Source: Eledone cirrhosa (taxonomy: Eukaryota). From it: a DNA stretch of 64,000 nucleotides. Shown here one piece after another: positions 54,449-64,000 of this stretch; position 1 is the stretch's first letter; each line of letters begins with the position of its first letter. The notes under the pieces were generated by a model. That model made no database searches, was not told the origin of the DNA, and saw nothing but the letters and a program-made list of their open reading frames with translations. The stretch is taken from contig OZ024755.1 of NCBI GenBank assembly GCA_964016885.1, positions 23,622,001 to 23,686,000 of the forward strand, read 5' to 3'. Position numbers and translations under genes: made by a program.

Positions 54449-56657
54449 CTAGAAATGGCAGAAATACAAGAATAATTCATAATTGTTTCTACTTTAGGCA
54501 CAAGGCCAGCAATTACCCAGTGCATTACTGGTACTTTATTTTATCGACCCCGTAAGGATGAAAGGCAAAGTCAACCTCGGCGGGATTTGAACTCAGATTG
54601 TAAAGGGACGTAACTATGCTGGAAAGCATGGCGTCCGACTCTCTACCGATACTGCCAATCCACCGCCAATCCACAAGAATAATTCATAATATTTCATTAT
54701 TATGATTTATAATTTTGATGTTTCAATTACTGAATGCTCCAAGTAGAGCTGCTACCTCTCTGAATGGAGAGATCACAGCTCCGATACTATGAGCATGTGG
54801 TTAGAATGTCCCAGGAAAAAATTGCACGACAGATTTTATGGGCAAAACCAACTGGCAAGGGACCCAGGGGTATACCTCGAGCAAGATGGTTGGATAACAT
54901 CGATGAGCTTGGTAGGTCAGCTTGGGGATCCAGCCAGATCAGTTGGAGATGCTTGCTTCTGGCATGACCCACTGGAATAATTGGGAGAAGAAGAAGATAT
55001 GTTTCAATTATTAATTTTCAATTCCAGTAAATATTTGTAGTTCTTTTTAGGTATATTTGTACCACTTCTGAGTGACCAAATATCTGTTGAATCAATAACC
55101 ATAGTTTCTGATACCTTTTGATAAAAAAAGGATGAAAAAGGCTTACCATTAGGCTATATATTTCTTTGAATTAACCTAATTCTAAAATTATAATCTTTGT
55201 TGTTTGGAATTCTTGGACTACTTATCAGTTTAATGCACACTAACATACTCCAATCATTTCTCACTAAAATTATCTGTCTGTTTGTCTCTCTTTCCCTCTC
55301 ACTTGCTTACTCACTCTGTGTCTTTCAAAATTCAAGTAAATATTAACATACAAACGGTGCAAAGTCTTCATAGCATTACAACCTCTTCTCTAGTTCCTTT
55401 TGCTCTCCATAAAGCATTGGACGATGTCATAATCCTTGTAATGGGCCTGCTCATTGTTTCTGTAGCAATTTTGATTAATAGAGGTAATGTTGCTAGCTTT
55501 ACATTCCATTGCCCACCTTCTTAATACAGGCTGAAAACTGTCCTAGTGTTTCTAAGTCAAAGGGTTGGACAGTGTCCATAAATCTACTCCAGGTATTATT
55601 AACCAGAGTCAGTTGAACCTGGAACTTAAATCCTTTTACTTTTAGTAGTTGGTGTTTCACTCCGTCAGGGTCACCATTTCAGTGTTGCTGGACCCAGGGT
55701 TATTTACTCGAGTAAATGTCACCATCTGACTACTAAATTTTATAAAGAAAAGGATAAGATATTTTACATAACACCATGTCGAATGAGAGTTAATTCCCAT
55801 TACAAAGGTAATGATAAAACGTAAGCAGTTTCTCGGAACGAGTATCAGATATAAGTCTTCATTTTATTGTAGCTTTATGTTATAATTGTTGTAAACAAAT
55901 ATTCTAGTACATAATAGGTATAGTCCAGATCCATGATAGATGGTTAGAGAAAAGTTAACATGCTTATTTTCGGTGTGTCAGCTTGAGAAGAAAACCACCA
56001 GAAAGAGAGTATACCTTTGGCGTAACCATGCCTGGCCTTAAGACCAGGCGGCCAAGAGGTGAAGAAGAGAGAGATAGCTTTGAACTCTCTCCTTTATAGT
56101 TCCCTGGACGGAAGTTACAAAGAAGGTTCTGGAATTTCAACGGCAAGTAACTCCAGCTACTTCCCTTGGTCTAGAGAACGCTACATATTCTATTTTAAAA
56201 GGAATATTAGATAACATTATGTCCAGTTTTGAAATAATATTTCTTTAAGTTCTGGATAATGGTACATCTACTATTGAAACAACTTTTCTTCTAATAACTA
56301 TTTTCAAAGCAACAGTAAACAATGCTACACTCAATATTGAAATAACGTCTTTTTTAAAATCATTTCACTCTTTTTGAAATAATTGTTTCTACTTTTGGCA
56401 CAAAGTTAACAATTACCCCAGCACATTACTGGTGCTTTATTTTATCGACCCTGTAAGGATGAAAGGCAAAGTTAACCTCGGTAGGATTTGAACTCAGAAC
56501 ATAAAGAGCCATAACTCTATGCTGCCAAGCATGGTGTCCGACACTCTACCAATACTACCAATCCATAAATCCTGAATAACAGTATGTCCTGTATTGAAAT
56601 AACATTTCTTCAAATTAATTTATTCTATTTTCAAAGTAACAGTAGATAATTACTTAC

Positions 56658-56709
56658 TTTCCACCAATCTTTCTTGGAACTTTCAAGAACTGAAATACGC
56701 CATCCAGCC
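56658..56709 (-). CDS. STAC: STAC-like exon ((R)AGWRISVLESSKKDWWK)
   Basis: TTTGTAG|G ... AAA|GTAAGT; 52 nt, phase 2-0; SH3 WW motif. Confidence 0.9.
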
Positions 56710-57671
56710 CTACAAATATTAAAGAAAAAATGTTTTAAAAAAAAAGTTTAAATGTGACATTAGGTAGCAAAAGATGTGTGTGCCATATACTTACTGGATG
56801 AGCAAAGAGACCTGGATGCTATGATATAGGGTGGTTGGTCAAAAATAAACTCAAAATTAAGAGAAAGAGAGAACATACATATACACATATCACTGATCAC
56901 ACAAATATTGAGCAACTGAGCCTATCATATGACTAAATTTGATAAACAAATTAGTATCGTTGGCAGTTAAATAAAGTAATCCTCATTTGTTTCTTCCTCT
57001 ATCTATATTCACCTGTTTATAAAACAAGTATTATAACCTTGTTATTTAATGTACTAACATTAAAATATCAAAGCAATATATTTTCAAAATGATCTTTTAT
57101 TATGAAGGTATAAACATCCAAAGGTTTTATGATCAATAAGGACTTATATATTTAATGCAATATATTTTGTAATGCTTCAACATTATTACGAATATTTGGA
57201 AAACTTTAATTTCCTTCCAAGGATTTGGTTTGCTTTTAAAAAATGTTATTTAATTTTTATGTTTATTTTTAGTGTTAAAAACATGATTATTTAAAATTTG
57301 TCTTGTATATTCCCATATCATAGCTGAAGAGTACTGAAGTTTAACTATTGGATAGAAAGAAATTATTTGTTTCTACTTTAGGCACAAGGCCAGCAATAAC
57401 CCAGTTCATTACTGGTACTTTATTTTATCGACCCCGTAAGGATGAAAGGCAAAGTCAACCTCGGCGGGATTTGAACTCAGATCGTAAAGGGACGTAACTA
57501 TGCTGGAAAGCATGGCGTCCGACCCTCTACCGATACTGCCAAAAATTATTATGCCTTGGTGGTAGCTACTAATTCTTTCTAAAGATTTGTATTTGAACAT
57601 TCCAAAAGAATTTCTAACTGGTCAGTAGAAATTGGAATAAAGAAATTCAAGAATTAGCATCATCATCAAGG

Positions 57672-57704
<33 letters not shown>

Positions 57705-58314
57705 TATAAAGGACGATCGACTTTCGTCAAATCGGACCGAGGGAACAATGTTTCCGTTGGTCTTTCCAATTGCTAATACTATCTATCGGTCGCAACTCCA
57801 GGTAGAAGGAGCAACGTGAAATAAAGTGTCTTGCTCAAGGACATAACACATCGCCTGGTCCAGGAATCGAACTCACAACCTTACGATTGCGAATCCAATT
57901 CTCTAACCACTCAGCCACACGCCTTCATATATATATACAGTGTACCCCTGGCATTGATGGTCCTGGTTATTCACGGATTTTCCATTGACCCTAACTAATG
58001 ATTGTTTGTGGAAACCACTGCATATTCGTAGAATTGTAAATATTTTCCACCGATTTTTTTAATGGCTTTTTTGTGGCAATATATATTTTTTTAACGTTAA
58101 ATTACTAATAACAATATACCGTATTTTCCGGCCTATTGGACGCCCCTTCGCATAAGATACTCTCTCTTTTTTTTTATTAAATTTTATGTTATATTTTGAC
58201 GTTAATGGGCATTTTTATGGACCACGTCAAATATTCACAGTTTTTCACTCTTTGCAGGTGTTCTAGGAATGTAACCCCCACGAATACAGGGGGACAACTG
58301 TATATATATACAAG

Positions 58315-58349
<35 letters not shown>

Positions 58350-58574
58350 TTATATAGAGAGAGAGAGAGAATGAGAGATCAAGAGAGTGTATGTGAGTGA
58401 ATTTATATATATGCATATTTCTGAACGTAACTCCGAGTACACAATCATTTTCATTATTATATTATTATTATTATATGACTGCGACAACCTATCTAACCAA
58501 CACAAGCAATTAAAATAGACATAAAATGGTGATGATGATGATGGTGGTGGTGATGATGAGTATTTCGTACTTAC

Positions 58575-58660
58575 CTCAGGTCCAAGTCGTCTTTTTCTTT
58601 GGCTTTAAAATTATATAGAACAACATACACATCATCACTTTTCTTCTTTGAGATTTTCAG
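58575..58660 (-). CDS. STAC: STAC-like exon (LKISKKKSDDVYVVLYNFKAKEKDDLDL(R))
   Basis: CTGTTTTAG|CTG ... GAG|GTAAGT; 86 nt, phase 0-2; SH3 start YVVLYNFKA...DLDL resembles invertebrate Stac. Confidence 0.9.
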
Positions 58661-58823
58661 CTAAAACAGAAGAATGACAGTAAGAGATTAATGTCTTTGA
58701 TAGAGGAAGGATATGAACTTACATTTAGTAACTAGTAACGCTGACTCTAGCAACCCACAGCTACGTAGATTCCTCTCTGCCAAATCTCTAAAGTTACTTC
58801 AGAACCCCATCCTGTCTTGCATC

Positions 58824-58867
58824 ATCATTTGATGATGGAGCTGGGCCATCGAAATATATATAGTGAT
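58824..58867 (+). ncRNA. Degenerate minimal hammerhead motif
   Basis: ATCAT-TTGAT-GATGG agctggg CCATC-GAAA-TATATA-TA-GTGAT; core damaged; palindromic stem III; tail runs into (TA)n. Confidence 0.4.
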
Positions 58868-58924
58868 TTCAGGAAATAAAAATTCTAAAGCAAATTTTCC
58901 AGTCCGCCCTTTTGTTGTTGTTTA

Positions 58925-59013
<89 letters not shown>

Positions 59014-59014
<1 letters not shown>

Positions 59015-59114
59015 TTCTGATGAAGTGCAGTATTTATATGTAATGCTTGCAATTGAGCATGGGATTATACAGCCAGCACAAGTAGGCTGATATTGTACAG
59101 AAACATATGTTAAG
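59014..59114 (+). ncRNA. Hammerhead motif with branched, extended stem II
   Basis: TTT-CTGATGA-a-GTGCAGTAT...[ATGCT/AGCAT and CAGCC/GGCTG sub-hairpins]...ATATTGTAC-a-GAAA-CATATG-TT-AAG; palindromic stem III; stem I only about 3 bp. Confidence 0.55.
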
Positions 59115-60343
59115 GAACGAACTTTCAATAAATTTTATCCTTCTAGCCATTTCTTCCTGCTTAGTCATTCCTGTCTTTCCTGGTACTATAGTTATTACTA
59201 CTATATATATGAATGTGTGTGTGTGTGTTTATTTGTATGTAGTTTCCGATTCCGCCCTGCCCGTCCCTTTAATCTTTCTAATTTCTCATTCTTTCTTCTG
59301 ATGAAGGACTACCTATTCCACTCATAAGGTATTGGCCAATCCAAGGTTATAGTAGCAGAGTGCAATGCTATACAATTAAATCTGAAAGCACATGGCTGCA
59401 AAGCAAACTTCTTAACCACACTGCTATATCAGCATCCATACATAGTTCAATAAAACAAAATCTCTTTTCAATGCTTGCCACTTATTCTTTTCTTTGTGTG
59501 TTTGTATGTGTGTGTGTGCGTGTGCTTAGGTACACATATTGAAACAACAGATACATGCACACTTGATAGAATGTAAAATGTGGCAAGAAGTCTTCAATGT
59601 GAAGGAGAAAATTAATTAACATTTGAGACAGCAAAAGGCAACAATAACCAACAGACGAGGGATGTGGTATGTAAAAAGCTTGTTGGCCTAGTTCCAAGAA
59701 TTTTACCTAATACTACACACTTAATGATTGAAACTTACCTGAAAGCCTAATCTAAAGGATCAGCTTATGAAAATAAACTTTCCCTTTCATTTTCTTTGAA
59801 GAAAAGCCCCCAACTTTGACTATTATTACTCAGTTAATTATAAACTGCTCTGCATTTTCAGAATCAATAATATGTAGTTATAGCCTTTTATATTCTGAGT
59901 TCAAATTGAACTAAGGCTGAATTTTCTTTATATTCTTTCTGGTCATTAAAAGGATCATCAGCAGAGTTCTGAAAGTTGATGTAATTGGATACATTCTTCC
60001 TCAGATTTTGTGATCTTGTGCCAAGCTTAAATATCTTTATTTCTCAGTTGTTTCATGTGGGATATAATTGTCCTTTGAATTTCTATGTGAGCAATAGACT
60101 TTGAAATAGACTTCTACATATTGTTATGTATTATGATTTCTCATCATGACAATGATGAAGCTAGTGTATGAAATGATTATACTTTACCCTTTTGTTACCA
60201 TATTTTAATGAAATACACTGCCTATGATTACAAATAATTTTGAAAATAAACAAGAATTTGGGGAATTTCATCATCATCATTATCATCATCATCATCACCA
60301 TTATCACCATCACCGTTTAACAGGGTCATCAGACAAGAATAGT

Positions 60344-60393
60344 TCTTGTCTGATGACCCTGTAATAAACAGGCAAAACTCCAGAGTAACAAGA
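60344..60393 (+). ncRNA. Minimal type-I hammerhead motif (two substitutions) preceded by its own 20-bp inverted copy (60320-60339)
   Basis: TCTTGT-CTGATGA-c-CCTGT aataa ACAGG-c-AAAA-CTCCAGAG-TA-ACAAGA; GAAA appears as AAAA, consistent with CpG decay. Confidence 0.7.
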
Positions 60394-61609
60394 CTCACTT
60401 TTTAGCCTTAATATAAAGTGAATATATATATATATATATAGGAAAAGAGTCAGGACCCCGACAACTGAGCTCCGGCTGTTTCGACAGCTAGATCTGAACT
60501 GAACTAAGCCACTTGTCGAAATGGCTGGAGCTCAGTCATCGGGGTCCTGACTCTTTTCATGTTACCCACTCTACTACCCTAAGTATTAAGTACTCTGGTG
60601 CATTATGGTCCACCTGGTATCTTACCACACCCTCTTTGCTATATATATATATGGCGCCAAAGACGCTTCGTCCTCGATGATGCATCTTAATTTTGACAAC
60701 CAAAAATTTGAAAAAAAAATAATAAACAACCTTCGCCCTTCAGGACGCATGGTAGATTGTTGAGACTTATTTTAGGAAAAAGTAGCGTCTTCGATGCTGG
60801 GAAATACGGTAATCATGTTGAAATTTTTAATTTCATTTGGAGCAGTAACATCATCATCGTCATCATCATCACCGCCGTTTTACGTCCGTTCTTCACGCTA
60901 GCATGGGTTAAACGGGTTGTCCTGTTGTGGGCAGTGTCTGGTCGGCTGACCATGCCTTGCTCATACAGGAACTGATTTGGCTTGATTTCTACAGCTGGAT
61001 GCCCTTCCTAACACCAACCTCATTTACAGTGAGTGCTGGATGCTTTTTCGTGGCGCCTACACGTCCACTTTACAGTGTGGGCTGGGTGCTTTTTTGCTGT
61101 GGCACCTCCACGGCCACCTTGCAGTGGGAGGGTGTGGGGGCATATTGTCTATATGCTTCAGCTTGTACCCATGGGAGGTCGGGTACTCTGTATTACTGCG
61201 TGACGCTATAGGTCACGGTCGTGTGTCATCGGCTTTGAAAGGTGTAATTGGGTAAAGTCGGCTTTTATCACCTCATCCCAGGTCATCTTGGGTCTCCCCA
61301 TTCCGCGGTTTCCATCGACTTCTAGTGCTCTGCACCTTTTTATGCAGCTGTCATCCTTCATCACATGTCCATACCAACGCAACCACCTCTCCTGCACACA
61401 GCATTTGATTCCTCTTATGCTCAGTCTCTCTCTCTCAATTCATTTATGCTTTGTCGTTCGCGTATATTACTATTACACATCCATCGGAGCATGCAGGCTT
61501 CATTTCTCTCTAATCTACGTAAGTCTTCCACCTTCAGCACCCATGTGTGAGATAAATAACAAAGTGAAACTTAGATTATTAACCTGATTCAAGGAAGAAT
61601 TTGACTTAC

Positions 61610-61770
61610 TTGTGACAAGTTTGGGTTTGAACTAACTGGTGATGGATTCGAGTAGAGGGAAAAACTTGATGCTCCGGATTTTGACTCATCAATTTCCAAG
61701 GAACTTGATCGGCCTCCTAGCTTATGGCGAATGAATGCAGAACTTCTTTGGGTAAGGTCTAATGGTTGTA
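61610..61770 (-). CDS. STAC: STAC-like exon, Ser-rich linker (QPLDLTQRSSAFIRHKLGGRSSSLEIDESK...NPNLSQ)
   Basis: Poly-T tract + AG acceptor, CAA|GTAAGT donor; 161 nt open frame, phase 1-0, compatible with both neighbours. Confidence 0.8.
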
Positions 61771-62724
61771 CTAAAAAAAAAAAATGTCCAAAATTAGTGT
61801 CAGTAATGTCTGTAAGAGATTCCATTAGCACGATAATTAGAGAGTTATATATGTAAAAGCCCATTTAATAATTAATCCTTTAGCATTTAAACTGACTGTA
61901 TCTGGCCAGAATTCTCTTACCTCTTTCTGTTCAAACTGGCCGTAACCAGCCATTCATATAATGTTAAGGTATTGTTCTCAACAGAAATAATATCAAAATC
62001 CCATAGATTCGATATTATGTGAGATAAAGCCTTTACCGCAAAAACACAATAGTAAATGTAGAGTAATGTAAATGCTGAAGGGTTAAACATTCAAAATTTA
62101 AGGCATATTTAGGAATTCATTAAAAAAATAGTTCATAGGTAATTATGGATTTTCTGCAATTATGGAAGATAAATCTAGATGAATTTAACATTAGTTAAGA
62201 TTCCTCAATAAAGTTCAGCATTTCTGTAACTAGTTGTAGTATTAGCAAGAGAATCAATAAATAAACTCACAAAATGATCCTACTAAATCAGTTTATATTA
62301 TCTCATCTTCCATTACTTGTCATTGAAAATAATATTATCTACTAACTAATAATATTTTTGTACATATAATACTTGAAAATATATTAGCTTTAATCATTCA
62401 AAATACTTTCATTTATATAATTGTCTAGTAATCGTTGTTCAATTTAATCATTAATTACTGTGTGGTGTTATAGAAATATTTTGTAAGTTGCAATAGTAGC
62501 CTTCTTATACTGCCTTTCCTACCAAATCATGTCTTTTTTAATTAGTTTAAACTGTGCCTATTCCTTGGTTTATTGTCTTTTCCCTTCTACTTTGAAGATA
62601 TTACATGACCTTCTCTTAAGCACAACTTTTCTCTGGAACTGTGCACAGCTCTTCTTCCATAGAATTGCACCATTCCAGTAACACCATTCCAGTAACACTT
62701 GAGTTACTCACAAGTTACTCACAC

Positions 62725-62986
62725 CAATGGCGTGCAGAGCTCTGGTGATGCACGGGGAAAATCTTGATTGTATGCCCCAAAGACTCAAGTACTAATATAC
62801 TGAGAAATATCATGAGAAAGGAAAATATTTTGAATATATAAACACAGATGAAACATGAAATAAACGCTTTATTCGATTTTAATATAAATCAATCAAATTT
62901 ATTAAATTCTTTTCCCAAAATGAAGCCCCCCATCCAAAGGATGCCCCGGGCCAATGCACCATCACTTCCCTCTCTGCACACTACTG
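62725..62986. mobile_element. hAT-like MITE remnant
   Basis: Imperfect TIRs CAATGGCGTGCAGAG / CTCTGCACACTACTG; GCCCC subterminal motifs; no clear TSD. Confidence 0.5.
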
Positions 62987-63639
62987 CATTATACTAAAAA
63001 TAAAATATCAACTTACACTTATTTAAAGGGAGAATTCAACAAGTCAACTTTATCTAAACAATCTGCCTCTCTAGTGCATTGTTTCCTTCATGTGGTCTAA
63101 CATTATTCTATGTATTATACATTCACCTTTGATGAGCTGTAGTGCACCTGAGTACTGTACACAATAATTTTCATTATTATTATTTATGTATATTAGGGCG
63201 GTGGATTGACAGTATCGATAGAGCGTTGGAAAACATGCTTCACATAGAGTATGGCCCCTTATGTTCTGAATTCAAATCCCACCGTTCATCCCTATGAGGT
63301 CGATAAAATAAAGTACCAGTAACACACTGGGGTTGATTGAGTTGACTTTCCCCTTCCCTTCAAATTGCTGTCCCTGTGCCTAATATAGAAACAATTGGCA
63401 GTATTGGTAGAGGGTCAGACGCCATGCTTTGCAGCAAAGAGTTACGCCCCTTTATGGTCTAAGTTCAAATCCTGCTGAGGTTAACTTTGCCTTTCATCCT
63501 TACGGAGTCGATAAAATAAAGTACCAGTAATACACTAGGATAATTGCTGGCCTTGTGCCAAAATTAGAAACAATTATTTAAATAACATACAATACATAAA
63601 ACATTGTTGACAATGAAGTTATAATAACCTGTTACTTAC

Positions 63640-63660
63640 ATCGAAATCCAGCATGATGAA
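63640..63660 (-). CDS. STAC: Candidate 21-nt microexon of the STAC-like gene ((x)HHAGFR(L))
   Basis: Pyrimidine-rich tract ...ACATTACAG|TTCATCATGCTGGATTTCGAT|GTAAGTA; phase 1-1, matching the phase-1 start of exon 61610-61770. Confidence 0.65.
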
Positions 63661-64000
63661 CTGTAATGTTTATCCAAGTATGAAGAGTGCAAGAAGTTTA
63701 GAAGAGTGAAGAAAGCAACAAAGCATGAATTAACAAAAAAATATGTGAAAGAGATAGTTGACAGTAATTTGATGATCAGTGACTTCAGAACTGAAAATAA
63801 GAATAAAGCTCCAAAGAAAAGAATATTCTAGGAATAAAGAATGGAATCTAAAATAAGAAAATAAAACAAAACAAAAAAGAATGGAAAAGGAAAGGACAGG
63901 CAAGTGCTCTAGTGTCATGAAAGAATGAGGTGGAAGAATGAGGAGGGTGATTGGGCTCTGAGCTAGGGCACAGTGGTAATGGGGTTGCACCCTGTGGACA

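Noticed and set aside
59732-59760. Strong donor (TTTCAG|GTAAGT, minus strand) inside the STAC-like intron
   Set aside because: Possible exons of 8 or 13 nt would break the frame, and longer versions checked hit stops; a recursive splice site cannot be supported from sequence alone.

Overview
AT-rich, repeat-saturated animal genomic DNA. The SINE and RTE-LINE families look like those of an octopod cephalopod; this is an inference from recognition, not a search. There are no prokaryotic features. Main content: (1) the 3' part of a minus-strand STAC-like gene (tandem SH3 C-terminus) rebuilt from six GT-AG exons at 52126-63660, including a 21-nt microexon that the ORF track misses; (2) an intact single-ORF RTE-clade LINE (APE endonuclease + RT, 1031 aa, 19694-22789, minus strand) sitting in a (TA)n tract; (3) a recurrent class of short inserts next to (TA)n tracts that carry type-I hammerhead ribozyme (HHR) motifs with palindromic stem III and often a fold-back copy of themselves. 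The best example is a perfect 336-bp palindrome (30193-30528) holding two back-to-back HHRs with complete cores, which suggests Penelope-like or retrozyme-type elements; (4) a 5S rRNA copy fused to a dispersed retroposon tail (SINE3-like); (5) three large tandem arrays, each traceable to a piece of a transposable element; (6) many tRNA-SINEs, decayed LINEs, hAT, mariner, pogo and piggyBac-type MITEs, and microsatellites. Nearly all ORF-track entries are low-complexity artefacts. Repeat boundaries were read by eye and are approximate.
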